In this document: positions 50,741 to 64,000 of the stretch, piece after piece | Numbering within the stretch: position 1 is the first letter of the stretch | Layout: every line of letters begins with the position of its first letter | DNA from: Lama guanicoe | Lineage: Eukaryota | Direction: 5' to 3' | NCBI GenBank assembly: GCA_013239625.1 | Contig: MU054187.1 | Location: forward strand, 21,765,280-21,829,279 | Length of the DNA stretch: 64,000 nt | The notes under the pieces: model-generated | The model's input: the letters and a program-made list of their open reading frames with translations, nothing else | Told to the model about the DNA's origin: nothing | Database searches by the model: none | Made by a program: the position numbers and the translations under genes

Positions 50741-51865
50741 ATGGTCCAAGGGTGATACTGCGTAATTATTACCTCTGGGACCAAGGTATTTTTTAGATGA
50801 TGCAGATAGTTGGTTGCATCTTGAAGGAAGTAGAGCATCATGGGGCATGTTGCTGGCAGCATGTACAAAGGCACTGGAGTATTTAGTTACGTAGCTGGTT
50901 CAGGAAACTGCAACCGTGTCTGTATGGCTGCAGCACAGGAGGCCTGAGAGGACTGGTGGGAGGTGAAGCCAGAGAGACAAACTGGACACATTGCAGAGGT
51001 CTTAAGAGCTATTTGGAGCTTACCCTGAAACAAGGAGGAACCTTAAAGGGTTTTATACAGGGGAGGAATTTGTTCAGGTTGAACTTTGCTGTGGAGCATA
51101 GTTGGAGAAGGACGAGAACAGAGGCAGAGCTACCAATGGGATGACAGTTGTTCCAGCGAGAAACAAGGATGATCTTGACAAAGTTGTGGTGGTGGAAATG
51201 GAGATAATGAGAGAAGATGAGAGGGATTTGGGATGTGGCAGAAGGCTGGATGTCTGGGTGGTCCTGGCACATTGTAGTGGTTCAGTAAATATTTGCTGAA
51301 GTACAATGTGTTCCTGTTTCCAGTGCCTCCAGCATTTTAACTATTTGCCCTATCACATGCCCTGGTTTAGCTGTGAATTAATTTGAATATATTGTTTTAA
51401 TACTTTGAATTGCAAAGTGGGTCCATTCTTACCAAGGAAAGATTGATTCCGAGAGTCAGTATCAAGGGGTTCTCGGTGGAACTGCTCTGATGCTGTTATG
51501 CAACTGTTCAGTCCCAGCATGAACAGTGTCTTGGCTGCTGCCCCTTGAGTCCAAGACATTTATCTCACAGGTCCATCAGGTCATAGATAATCAGGTTATA
51601 ATATATACTGCTCATCAACAAGTTTTCTGCACATCACACATTGCCCTTCAGCTACCTTTGGTAAGATTCTTCGTCTACTTTGCTCAGTGGGAAATGGTTG
51701 GAATCCTTCTTGAGTTTTCTGAATAGACTCTAACTTGACAGAATGTTCCCTTTGTTCTTTAAATTGCTGAATCACTTATTTCTAAATCAAGTTTAACGTA
51801 AAAAGGCTTTTTTTTTTGGTTGCTTTGTTGTTCTTTATTTGAGTTCATGTAACCTTTCAAAGCTG

Positions 51866-51962
51866 ATTGCATGTGACTGAAACATTATGCAGTGCACCAG
51901 AAATTGACACAACATTGTAAACGGACTATACCTCAATAAAAAATTAAAAAATAAAAATAAAT
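51866..51962 (+). mobile_element. L1 extreme 3'-end fragment
   Basis: caccagaaattgacacaacattgtaaacggactatacctcaataaaaa. Confidence 0.7.
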
Positions 51963-53875
51963 ATCAGAGTATTAAAAAAAACTGACTGGGAGGAGATTTA
52001 TAATGATTGTAGCTTGAAGTTGGCCTGGAGCTTTGACAGTTGCAGACAATGAGATTTATGCTATCTTTTTTACACCTTTCTTTAAAAATTCCTTCTTATT
52101 CATGCTTATTATGTATCTTCTCATCATAGCTGGGGCTATGGACCCCTTGATGCAAATTCAGTTCTGCTGCTCTCTAAAACTTACCCTGACCTTAAATACT
52201 GGGACACAAGAAATCTAGTCTTAGCCTGGGGCTGCGCACCTGCCGACACTGCTCCTGACCATGGTGCTCCAGCTTTGATAACTGCTGCTCTGCCCACACT
52301 CTATGTGGAAGTCCAGGCGGTGATAGCTCAGTTCTCCTGAGATATGGACAATAGCTTGCGTTAGTCCGTTTTTCATTTCACCCAGAATTGAAGCCTGGTT
52401 CCTTAACCTCAGCTTTCTGATTGGGTCTCTTGATTCTGTGACCACATTCCAATCATCCACCAGGTTCTGGTCTTCTCCAGCAAATGCTATTAGCTTGTGA
52501 TTCATCTCTTTTTTGTCTGTTATCTTAACTTTTATATGTTTTACTTTGCATGTCAAGATGGCCTTTCTTCAACGCATTGAGTTCAGTCTCTTTTCCTAGC
52601 ACGTTCCTCGTTCCAGGAGACAAGACTGACACTAGATTCCCTGATCACTACGAAGCTTGTTTCCACACTGCAGTTGGCCCCTGGACAGTGAGCAAATCCT
52701 CCTGCCTGGTCACTGCTGTGCACACTGGGGCTGGTGGGCACTGGGGCGGGTGGGCACGAGGTCTGGGTGGGTTCCAAGAGCTGGGTTTTGAATAGATTGA
52801 GATGTCCTTGTGACAACTGAGTGGAGACATTAAACGGGCAATTAAATGAGGGCATTTGAACCTTGATCTCAAATGAAAATATAAGTTTGGGGATCATAAA
52901 TGTAAATAAATAAAATTAATATAGATTTTGGTATAAGAGTAATAGATACTCATATTGTAGCAAGTCTAAAATTCTATCAGTTACACTTCCTTTCCTACAT
53001 TGAACCTATACTTTCATTACCTAATTCTCGATGATAAAATTTCTTCTTGAACACAGCTTTCGCATTACTCATGAACAGACTGTAGAACTGTGTACTCTTT
53101 CCAGCAATGTATGACAGTTCTCATTTCTTTGCATCACTGACAACACTGTGTATTATTTTTAAAATATTTACTGATTTTGTATGTAAAGAATCAGAACACA
53201 TTGTTTACAGCTGTACTTCTTTGATTATTAAGACTGAGCATTCTTTCCTGAATGTGAGATGCTGGACAGAACATTCCTTACTGTACTGTTTGTTTTTAAT
53301 TAGAAAATGCAAATGACATCAAAAAATAAGGTTGATCATTTTTAAATATATTTATTGATGATTTCTCTTTCTTCTTTACAGAACTGTTTCTTCAATTCTG
53401 CTTGCTACTTTCTCCTGGGAATTCAATTTTTACGTTAATAACTAGTGAAAGCTTTTTCTATAGCAAGGACCTTGTTTCTGTGGATGTCATTTGTATTGAA
53501 AAATTTTCCCCAGTTGTCACTTTCCTTCTCATTAAAGTTCTTTTGCTATTGTTGCTTGATCTACAAATTTAAGGTTTTTATAGTTCAATTAACTATTTTG
53601 TCATTTCTCAGTTTGTGCCTTTGGTGTTTTGAGAAACAGTTCTTCTCCAACCAGATATTTAAATATTTATTGAATAATTTAATCCATCTTGGTTTTATCT
53701 TGGTGTACAAGTGAGATCAGGGTTTAACTATTTTTTTTGTAACTAAACATTATTCCTGCATTGTATGGATGTTTATTCTTGCTGGAAGTTTAGGTCATCT
53801 AATAGCATGATGGAAAATACCACATCCAAATAGAGTAACAGGTGTTTGTTTCTTAAGGGTATTAAAATACTTGTT

Positions 53876-54073
53876 GGGGGGTGCAGGGCATAGCTCAGGG
53901 GTAGAGCGCATGCTTAGCATGCACGAGGTCCTGGGTTCAATCCTCAGTGCCTCCATTTAAAAATAAATAAATCAATAAACGAACAAACATAATTCCTTCT
54001 CCTGCCCAGAACAAAAACAAAAATAAAAATAAATAAAATAGTTGGACAAAATTTTAAAAAATTAAAAAAAAAA
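53876..54073 (+). mobile_element. tRNA-derived SINE (vic-1-like)
   Basis: tagctcaggggtagagcgcatgcttagcatgcacgaggtcctgggttcaatcc, followed by an A-rich tail. Confidence 0.9.
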
Positions 54074-57000
54074 GTTTGTTGATGATTTGGGGAAGGTATA
54101 TTCTCTAGTCTTTGCTGGAAAAAAAATAAGGTCACTCAAACTCTTTGCGCTCTGACACAATTGCTATTTCTACCTCCTCATAGTAAGGGGATTAGCCCAG
54201 CTGCCATTCTGAGAAACCTCCAGTAAATGCACTTGTGCTCTGAGCATTCTCATGCCTGCAAACATTACCCTTTGTCCATCAGTTTACTTTTAGGATAAAG
54301 ATATTTGTAAAGATACAAGATGGGAGTGTGCACATATCTTTAAGGCTCTAAGTTACTCCTATGAGTTACTTCCTTATTGAAAGCAAGATTTGTAAGCAGG
54401 AAAGCTTGAGGCCATTTCTCCTAACTTCTTTCACGCATGTTATATTGCCATTAAAATCTTTTTTATTTTATGCGTTTTTCCCTTAGCTTTATTAATGTGT
54501 CCACATACGCTTAGGGACATAAAATCAAGTATCTTCCTGCAGTAGGTTCAATACTCACACCTACATTTCCATTTTGTCTAAGTAGAGTAGTCCTGGAATA
54601 AATGCAATTATTTATTCATTTATATTTATGTTTGTGTGTCTGTCTGTCTATCTGTCTCTTTGTCTATCTAATGAGATCTAAAATAGCCAGATCTAATTAG
54701 AGTAATCAGGAAATCACAGTCCAATGCCTCAGAGAATAGGGAGTAAATAAGCATTTGGTGTTTATAGATAATTATGAAGATAATGCTCAGAAAATAAATA
54801 TTTCCTTATGCTTTCATGGTCTTAGATACAAAGAGTGTTGATGACTTTCAGGGTGATTTTGGCCCATTATTAATCTGGTGATATCTTCCTCAGTCAATTT
54901 TTTTTCTTCTAGGCCCCTTTTTACTCTCATTTGTGACTTCTTGTTAGCCTACCCACTAATAAATGAAGCAATTCACTAAGCTTTGGATTATTTTTTTTTG
55001 TCTTTTTATATCTCTCTTACAATGGAAACTCATACCAACTCAAAATAATATTTGGAATATGGAAAAACAACAAAAAGATAATTCACAAACTATACTGGAA
55101 GTATACTGTCATTCCACCTCTAGGGACCTGCTATAAACAATAAGGTGGAAAAGCAAAAATAAATGTTAAATGAAAAAGTGAGATCAAGAGAGACCTGGAA
55201 TCCATTTTAGCTCATTTTTTTATAGTTTAGAGTCAGGATCTCATCTTGGGGTCCAGGATTGACTTTGTTATGAGGAAGGAAGAAAGAAAAGGCATAAGTT
55301 GCTGAGAACTTTAAAACTCCGTGCAAAAATTTGGCTGTATTTAATTTACATGTTGAGGGGAGGCAGGAAGACATTTCATAGCTTTTAACACAAACTCGTA
55401 GGAATCTGTGACAACAAGCTGGTGAAGAACCACTGACATAGATTAACCAGAATTATAATAAATGAAAATTTTCTCTTTGAGTCCTGCTGGAAAATTAAAA
55501 GAAGATATTTCTGTCTTTTGCCCCAATTCTCTCTGAGGAATTTAATGTTTTTAGAGTTATTTTGCTCAAGCTTATAGAAATGAATAATTTAGAAAATATC
55601 TTGGCATAAAGAAGCCAGCTACTAAACATCACGGAAAAGACAGAGAATCCTTGAAGGATGTTCAAATCCTCTACTTAAGCTAGCAAGGGAAGAGGGCACA
55701 GAGCAGGAGAGTGAGTCAAAGACACATATGAGTTGCTCTCTTAGATGATCCGGTGCCTTGTCCACGTATCTCCTCCCAACAGCTGTTTTATCGGCTACTT
55801 CAGAGAAACGTGGAAAGCTCCCATAATGCACCTCGTGAGTTCTGCCAAATATGTGAAATTCTGGCAGAAGCAGTAAGGGGAAACATGTTCCCCAGTTGGC
55901 ATTTAGCTTAGGGATAAAGCGTGATGACCATCATATATCTTCTGTCACTTCTTTGCCCTTTCCATAATAAGACTTACAGACGTATATTTAAATCCTGGAA
56001 TCCATTTTAACCTTCTTCAAAAAATATATATGGGTTATCAAGTCAAGTATTTTCCAGGTCCTTGCCATGAAACTTATTTTTAAATTGCTCAATTTCTTTT
56101 CAGAAAATACTTTCGAACACTGTAGGCCCTGAGCACCTTTTGCAGATTTATTTCTTAAATTAAACTTATACTCCTCTTTCTTTGGTGCTCATGATGACCT
56201 TTGATAACTTTAGATTAAAATCCTATCAACGTAACTCACGTGAAATAAGAAGATCATAGGACAGGTGTCACTCAAGGTTTCTCAGTATCTGGCAACCACA
56301 TGTTAATTCACACGGATTACTTTTACAAAGGAAGTAATTTATTTTTATAGAATGCTTTATAGTATTTCTATAGAACACATCAGAGCTAAATGAAGTGCTA
56401 TTTGGATCCATCACTTTTTTAATAAAGAGGATTCACTTAATTTCTGGGCCCCAATAAAAATTTTCAAAAGACGTCTTCCAGCATGATTTTTAGGTACAAA
56501 TAATAATGTTATTTAAAAATAATTTTTTTAAATTTAAAAATAAATAAACAGCCTTTATACAAAAAATCTGTCAGAGCAATGAAGAATCTGCTTTGTCTGT
56601 CCTTTTGACTATGATTACAGTTACTTAGAGGTTCTGACTGATTTTGTGACATTAGAGAAGACTAGAACGTTGGAATGAATGTGGGCTTTGCTCTCTAATA
56701 TGGTTTCTCAGAAAAGAGAAATTAAGTGCATCACAAGACTGATACTAGACACAAGAATTGTAGAATTCTGAATGCAGATGTGGTTTCAGGAGGAACGGGC
56801 TTCAGGTTAAGTACACATCTGACTAGAAAATTACATGATGTTCTTATATAGTTTTAAGACAAACACTTTCTTCATTTTTATAAACAATTCACTGGTGACT
56901 TTTCTTCCAAATCTGAGGTACACAGCCTCCATGCAAGCTAACTAATCATAACAATGGAAAAAATAAAAGCACTTTGCTAATGGGGGAGGAAAAGTGGAAG

Positions 57001-57304
57001 TAATAACCAGAAGAATCATTTCTTATATAAAACTCTAGTTTTATCACAGAGTACACAAATAGTAGCAATGTTGGGCTGGAATAATAATATTAAATCTAGT
57101 TGTCATCTTAGTTGTATATTTGTCGCCAAGAGTAAGCAAATGAACTCTCAATATTTCATTTCAAGATGTTCTTAGGTTATTACATTTGAGGCAAAATAAT
57201 ACTGCAAATACAGCATTTAAGATTTTTGACTGTAAATGGGGTAGCAACTTAATGCTTTTTAAAAATAGAGTGCATATTAGACAAGAAGAAAGAGGTAAAA
57301 TTAT

Positions 57305-57558
57305 TTTATTGGTTCAATTAAACTGACTATAATGAAAAGAGATACAAATCACTGAGAAATTAAGTATTCCTTAATTGTAATTATAAAGAATTCCACAAAA
57401 TATACTTGAATTTAAGCACAAGTGTGTAAGCTCGCAGATTACTATTTCAGTTAAGCATGAAGAGCAAAAATTAAAGGTTTTATTTGTACAGATTAAATTT
57501 GCAGGTGTGCTGTCTTGCTAGCGTTGAGATAAATTTGTTTCTTAAAACTTGCTTTATT
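57305..57558 (-). terminator. Candidate CA1 poly(A) signals (AATAAA on - strand at 57553-57558, 57479-57484, 57305-57310)
   Basis: TTTATT hexamers on the + strand, 60-310 nt beyond the CA1 stop codon. Confidence 0.55.
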
Positions 57559-57616
57559 TGATTATGGCAGAAGCAGAGCTGTGTTCCATGAGGGAGGATA
57601 GTTCCTCGTGGGCCAA

Positions 57617-57733
57617 TCAGAATGAAGCTTTCACCGTTCTGCCCTTCAGAGGCTGGGGCGGCCGGTTGTTGTGCTTAATGGGGGCTTCTTTACCCCCTTC
57701 CACGTTGGACAGAAGACTGCGGAACTGAGCCAG
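57617..57733 (-). CDS. CA1: Carbonic anhydrase 1, terminal coding exon 7
   Basis: cctctaag| acceptor. Reads [38 protein letters not shown]. Confidence 0.97.
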   Translation of the reverse strand: MAQFRSLLSNVEGGKEAPIKHNNRPPQPLKGRTVKASF

Positions 57734-58715
57734 CTTAGAGGAAGGATAAAATATTTAAAGAGTCAAAAGCTATTAAAATTACACAAAACACCTTTTACCC
57801 TAGTGTAATTAATGCACTGATACTTAGAAAATCAGGTTGAGGATTGCAATGCATCCACTGATAAAAAGGGAGGAAGCCAAAAATTCCTTCCCCTTTCATT
57901 GCACTAGGCCCTTGGCTTAAATTATCCATGGGAGACTGGGTTAGGATACCAGCTGTCTCACAGGCCAGCTGGACTATCTCAGGTAAGAGACCTGTCTGCT
58001 TGGTGCCTCGGCTTCCATAGAGGACCCCTTCACTGAGATGTTGGGAAGACTACATGGATTCATTCATATAAAGTTGTTAGAATGGTGTTTGGCATTTGGC
58101 ATGTGCTCAATAAGTGTTAGTTACCAATACGCCACACTGCCTATCCTAAAGGTTTGTTATGAGAATTGACTGACAACACATATGTAAGGCACCTAATAAA
58201 AGAAATCACTCAATCAAAGGTAGTTATTATTATCATACTTATAAACAGTAGTTAATAAGATATTTTGTTAAATATTTAAGAACTTAAGCTTCATAAAAGG
58301 ACAAATAAAACCATGTCGACTATTAAGGCTGACTTGAGAGTCACAATTCTCCAAAGTCTTAATTGTACTTCCAGTGACAGTTTTTTCTTTGTTTCCGAAA
58401 CTCTTAGGAAGATATTTAACAAGGTTGGATTTTTCCTTATTATGCTGAAAAGAAGAGCAGGAGTTCTGAATCTCATATATATTTTTCTACATAAAGTAAA
58501 AAAAAAGTATTTATAATACCTTTTTCTTGTTTATTATTCAATAGACCTTATGTCAAAATTACATCTTTTTCAGTATTGGAAAAAGACAATTGGAAGGGAA
58601 AATGAACTCTTCAAAATCTTATTGAAATAATGATTTCTCCCATTAATACTAGGAATTGGAATGATATTCCTGCTCTGTTCTCCCAATTCTCACTCATCTA
58701 CTTTTCATACTCTAC

Positions 58716-58871
58716 CTGATCTGAGCTGATACTGATGCTCTCCTTAAGGATGATCCAGATGACACTCTCATGAAGAGGAGGATGAGTCAGAGAGCCAAAG
58801 TAGGTCCAGTAATCCAGGGATGAAGGAAGGAGAACAGAGGGGTCAAAATTTGTGAATGGGGCACTTTTGCC
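58716..58871 (-). CDS. CA1: Carbonic anhydrase 1, coding exon 6
   Basis: tttcag| acceptor and CAG|gtagag donor. The 156 nt read [52 protein letters not shown]. His200 is diagnostic of CA I. Confidence 0.97.
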
Positions 58872-59199
58872 CTGAAAGAAAAAGAAAAGTAATATATTAT
58901 TATACCATGATATCAAATACTTATACCACATACATGTGTGACATATATGTCATATTATTTGGTGTATGTGCATATATATATATATGTATGTATGTATAGA
59001 TCTTAGCTGAGAATTTAATCTTTTCTACTATATAGTATTTTATGTCTGGTATGTTTGTGGATATAAACAAAAGTAACAGAAGACTGAAAATATGCTACAT
59101 TGAAATTTTGACTAAGCAATCTTCCTCCTTCTTCATTTGGTTGAGGATAAGCAAAGGTTCAAAATTTTTTTATAATCTATATTCTTTAAAATATGTTTA

Positions 59200-60850
59200 A
59201 TTTTCAATATAAAGCATCTATTGCTTCTCTAGGAATGATACCAGATACTGTTCTGCTGGTGAAGATATTATTGACATGTGTATTGGTGTGTTTTAGCTTT
59301 ATTCTATTTATTCCTATTTTCTTTTCTGATTGGTTATTATTGGTGTATAGAAAAGGAACTGATATTTATAGATAATATTTTATGTCATCAACTTTACTAG
59401 ACTTGCATATTGATTCTGCTTATTAGCTGTTAGTTTTGAGTTTTCCAGGTAGAAATCAATGATCCTCTGCACTTGATGACAGTTTTGTCTTTACTTTCTA
59501 ATGTTTACCCTAATAAGTACTCTTATTTCTTTATTTTATTTTATTATTATTTCTTTTCCATAATTATTTATATTTTATTACATTGATTGGGACATTCATT
59601 GCAATGTTCAGCTGTGGTGTTCATAGTTGACACCCTAGCCTTGTTTTTGATTGAAATGAGAATGCTTAAAATATTTCACTACTAAATTTGATGTTTGATA
59701 CAAGTTTCTATGTGATATTCTTTCTTAAATTCAATAAGTTTTCAGAGAATTTTCTTTCTTTTTTCTCTTTCTTTCTTCTCTTTCTTTTTTTGTCCTCAGG
59801 AATTGGCATTGAGTTTTCATCAAATGCTTTTTAAGACTCTAACAAGTTTATAATATAGTTTTTCATCTTTAGTTTGTTAATGTAATGAATTCTATTAGGA
59901 GATGACCTAATATAGAACCATCCTTGCATTCCTGGGATTAAACTCTACTAGTTTGGAAGTGTTACTCTTTTTATACTGTTGAATATGATTTGCTGTAATC
60001 AATTTTAATATATCTTTTATTTATATTCCTAAGAAAGATTTGCCTATGATTTCCTTTTTGAGGTATTCTTACCCAGTTTTGGTATTAGGTTTCATTAAAT
60101 TAAATTGATATAAAGTTTTCTGTCCCTCATCTGGGCAGTTTAGTTAACAATGGCAAGATTATTTCTCGTAAGTTGTGTAACACTTTCCCATAACATGTTC
60201 CAGGCTTAGAGTTTCCTTTTACTATGTACATTTTTTTTGTTGGCTATTTTTAAAAGTTCTTCTCAGATTTTTGGCCTATTTAGGTTTTCAACACATTTTG
60301 AGTCAGTTTCTCTACATTTTCCTAGAAATTCACCCATTTACTCTAAATTTTCAAATTTACTGGTATGGTATACAGCTGACCTTTGAACAATGTGGGGATT
60401 AGGAGTGCTGACCCCCATGCAGTCTAAAATACACCTATAACTTCAGCCCTTTGTAACCACGGTTGTGCATGAGCAGATTCAGTTAACTGCCCATTGAGTA
60501 GTGCTGTAGTGTGTGTTTATTGAAAAAAGTCCATATATAAGTGGACCTTCAAAGTTCAAACCCATGTTGTTCAAGGGTCAACTGTACAAACTTTTCTCTT
60601 TTAAACCTTTTTATCACATCTTTAATTATGATCCATTTCCTTATTTCTAGTAGTTTTTTTGTAGCATACCTTTTCTTCATCATCAAACTTGCCAAAAGTG
60701 TGCTTTTTTGTTGTTTTTCCAAAAAAATCAACTTTTTATTTTCATAATAAAAATTTACCTTATATTTCATTTTCTTTCTTATTTGATTAATTTTTGCTTC
60801 ATCTTCATTATTTCCTTCTGTTTTCTTTTCATATATCGTTTTTTATATTC
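59200..60850 (-). mobile_element. Old L1 (L1M-type) ORF2-region remnant, interrupted by a Tigger MITE
   Basis: T-rich degenerate L1 motifs such as aaccatccttgcattcctgggat and tttctgattggttattattggtgtatagaaa. Confidence 0.6.
60373..60584. mobile_element. Tigger2-derived MITE (MER8-like), TcMar DNA transposon
   Basis: TIRs cagctgacctttgaacaa and ttgttcaagggtcaactg, flanked by TA on both sides. Confidence 0.85.
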
Positions 60851-61497
60851 CTGACTTGAGTGCTTATTTATCTTCAGACTTTCTCACTTTATAATATACT
60901 CATTTAAAGATTAGTGCTTTCTAGAATCATCATGAACTAGATTCATTTTATGTAAAAATATGACAGTTCTCCATACTGCTAAAGAAAGTGATAAATCTCT
61001 AACATATGATTTAACTATTTACTATTAAAACAGGGAAGCTAAGGTTAAATATATTAGAAAATCGATTTTTTAGCTGACAGTGAAATCATGGTTATGAGAT
61101 ATTGCATTTTAATGAGATCTCAAAAGAATATCCTTAACTTCTGCATTGTTATCTTGCTAAAGAAATAAAGATATCTTTTCATGAAATGGGAAAAAAATCA
61201 CATTTTGTTTGGATATAGTTTTTAAAACAAATTTGAGCAGCTATAAAACCTGTTCTATAGGCTTCGTCCTGCTGAAATAGATAAGCAATAACTATGAAAA
61301 ACAAAAAACAAAATAAAAGAACTCCCTGAGTCAGAGATCTTCTCAGAAGCGAGGCGCATCTTAGTAGTACCTTGATTTTCAGATTGGTGGCCCTTGCTTT
61401 GGCTTCCTACTCCCCATATCAGATATACAATTAAATCATTTCCTAATTCTATGGATTCCTGTTTTCTGATTTAAATTAATTTAATTAGTATGTTTAC

Positions 61498-61560
61498 CTT
61501 AGTTTTAACTGATTTTAGGGTATCCAATATTTTCTGCAGGTTTGGGTTGGCTGGACCAAC
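61498..61560 (-). CDS. CA1: Carbonic anhydrase 1, coding exon 5
   Basis: tttccag| acceptor and AAG|gtaaac donor. The 63 nt read VGPANPNLQKILDTLKSVKTK. Confidence 0.96.
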
Positions 61561-62440
61561 CTGGAAATTAAAAAAAAAAATAAAGTGTGAGATAAAAATT
61601 ATTATTAAGTCCTGTTTAGTTAATTTTTTTTCAATCAAAAACAGTAGCTGGAGAAAAGTAAGGTATTTTTGCTTTAAGGGAGGAAATTTTGCTATAAGTT
61701 TGTTTTTGTGGGCCCTTGTACTCTGTAAATGATTCATAATGTGTAGCCACAGATAAAGTGGCAAATAAAAATCTTGTTTTTAATTTAATATGGGTAAGAT
61801 GTTCAAAGATATGCAAGTCGAAATCCAGAAATTCAGCAAAACTGTGATACAGAAACAAACCTCTTAACTTTTGGTCAAATCTATTAATTATAATTGGTGC
61901 AGTGAATGGCATGTTATAAATAAACAACAAAGGTTAACTAGAATTACTGTAATTCCAAAATTTAGTCACCCAAATATACCCAATTTAGTAGTAACTTCCC
62001 TTTAGAACTTTTAGGGACTCTCCTGTAGAGGAACCGAACAAACCTGCCATTTTAAATATCAGTTAAACTTTCTTTATGGGACAAAAATTCTCTTAATTTT
62101 TTTTCCTGATAAAATGTTAAATCAATAAACTGACTCTATGATGTAGGAAGAAAGGCAATGTGGAAGAGCTGAAAAATAAAAATTCATTCCATCTTTAATA
62201 CCTTTCCATTTTGTCTCTGCCTGAAACTTATTTCTCTCTTCAAGAGGGAAAAGCCAAAAAACCCCAATAAAACTCCACAGTCTACTAGGGAACTATGTCA
62301 CGTGTGGTCAATCATTAGTAAAGAACTTTCCAGAAAAAGAGAAAAGACTCAAACATTTTTTTGCCTTATTTCATCCTATTTTGAGGTCTGATTGGTAAAA
62401 AAATAATTTTAGTAGAGCTCTGTAACTCTCTGTAACTCAC

Positions 62441-62536
62441 CTTCATCAAAACACCAATAATTGCCAAACCATCAGCCTGTGAGGCAGCTTCAGCAAAGCT
62501 GGAGTACTTAGCAGAGTTCCAGTGAACTATATGAAA
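62441..62536 (-). CDS. CA1: Carbonic anhydrase 1, coding exon equivalent to CA exon 4 (earlier exons lie beyond the window)
   Basis: Minus strand tttccag| acceptor and AAG|gtgagt donor. The 96 nt read [32 protein letters not shown]. Confidence 0.96.
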
Positions 62537-62845
62537 CTGGAAACGATAATGTGGTTAAGCAGTTATTTATAACCATTGTGAAGGTAAAAATTAAGTCATA
62601 CATTAATTTGTTAATATATGAAGATGTACTTTGGGTTAGAAAGATAAAACTATGTGAACTTTTACCTTGGGCGTGAGAAGGGCTATGTTTTCATTCTTAA
62701 GAAGGGTTAACTGTGTGTTGAGTAGAGTGGGTAAGTGGCAGATTTTGGAACCACTAAGAAATTTCTTTTCGCAGAATATCTTAACTGTTCAGTATTACTT
62801 CTTTTTTAAAAACAAATCTCTCTTTGGTGTGAGATCAGGAATTCT

Positions 62846-63013
62846 TTTTTTTATTATTATTTTTTATTGAAGTATAGCCAGTTACAACATGTCAATTTCT
62901 GGCGTACAGCATAAGTTTCAGTCATACATATACATACATATATTTATTTTCATGTTCTTTTTCATTAAAGGTATTGAATATAGTTCCCTGTTGCTCTACA
63001 GAAGAAAACTAGG
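62846..63013 (-). mobile_element. L1 3'-end fragment with 11-bp TSD in a CA1 intron
   Basis: TSD tcaggaattct at 62835-62845 and 63014-63024, with a poly-T start. Confidence 0.85.
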
Positions 63014-63150
63014 TCAGGAATTCTGACTAACCAGTTTTGAGACAAAAATTGAAATAACTTTCTCTCACTTGAGATACTTCTTATTAACTTAATGAAAAGG
63101 GGGTCCTGAAGTATCTGGGAATCATGACCGAAAAATTCTCTTTTGCTGGC

Positions 63151-63220
63151 AAGGGGAAGTAATCAGCTTTTTAAATTTTATTTATTTATTTAAAGGCAGT
63201 ACTGGGGATTGAACCTTCCC
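63151..63220 (-). mobile_element. Truncated vic-1-like SINE
   Basis: Only the tail and the B-box segment ctggggattgaacc remain. Confidence 0.6.
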
Positions 63221-64000
63221 CATAGTTCTCTCATGGGAGGATTTTGACTTGAATTAGGGCTAAACTCAGATGCCATTCTTGAAAGAATCCTTTTCTGACC
63301 ATCCAATGGAAAGTGATCATCTGGTCACTCATATCCTTCTAAATCAAATCAATTCTCTCCATGCCACGAATCTCTCTCATTCTCCCCACCTCTCCCTCCC
63401 TCCTGCTCTTCCTTCCTTTCTCCCTCCCACCCTCTGTCATGTGTTGAACTTTGTGGCTAAGTGCCTGTCATTTCAAGCCTGGATTAATTTTATTTTTCTC
63501 AAATTAGAGGAGAGAATCACCAATTTAGTTTTCTTAGATACAACCAAATCCTCCCCCAAAGATCTACTAATACTAATTTAGGCTTTCAGTCCAGTTGACT
63601 TTAGTCTGCCTACAATTTTATGAAGGAGAAATAGGAAAAGGCATTTAATGGATTTCTGAACATTGAAAGGTATTAGTCTAGCTTTACAATGTAACATAAA
63701 GTAAGTTATATTTGTATACTATTCCTGTGTCCTCTATTAAAATGAAAAGTGCACCTACCCTGTATTTAACAATCCCTCTAATGAAAATCTGCCCTACATA
63801 ATTGCTTTCACTAGTGCATAAGATGTATGGACAGATGCATTTATTGCAAAATTTTTTTGGTAAAAGCAAAAGAAAAAAACTCCAACAGAACAAAAAGCAA
63901 AAGGCATTGTAATTGTCCATATGTAGGGGTCAGTTAATAAATTCTGATATATGCATACACTGAAATACTGTACAGATATTAGAAAAAGAGGTGGAATTAC

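Noticed and set aside
58698..58931. ORF-track entries extending CA1 exons (also 61471-61764)
   Set aside because: The extensions are intronic read-through. The true boundaries are set by splice sites and CA homology.

Overview
Mammalian genomic DNA, probably a camelid judging by the tRNA-derived vic-1-type SINEs, from the alpha-carbonic anhydrase cluster. The + strand carries coding exons 2-7 and the 3'UTR of CA13 (867-22844, intact frame, GT-AG introns). The - strand carries the last four coding exons of the convergent CA1 gene (62536-57617). The rest is intronic or intergenic DNA with SINEs, L1 3' fragments, L2, MIR, two ERV solo LTRs, MaLR LTRs, Charlie and Tigger elements, and a 17-bp minisatellite. 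The most notable unexplained signals are: (1) about ten exon-like segments with consensus splice sites on the + strand between CA13 and CA1 (about 34.0-48.1 kb), running from a GC/CpG-rich promoter-like region to an AATAAA, which looks like a decayed multi-exon gene or spliced lncRNA that I cannot assign to a family; (2) a perfect 46-bp inverted repeat pairing CA13 intron 6 with the region 3' of its stop codon; (3) Cys at CA13 active-site position 67; (4) co-oriented CTCF-like motifs between the two genes. All repeat family names come from recalled consensus sequences, not from a search.
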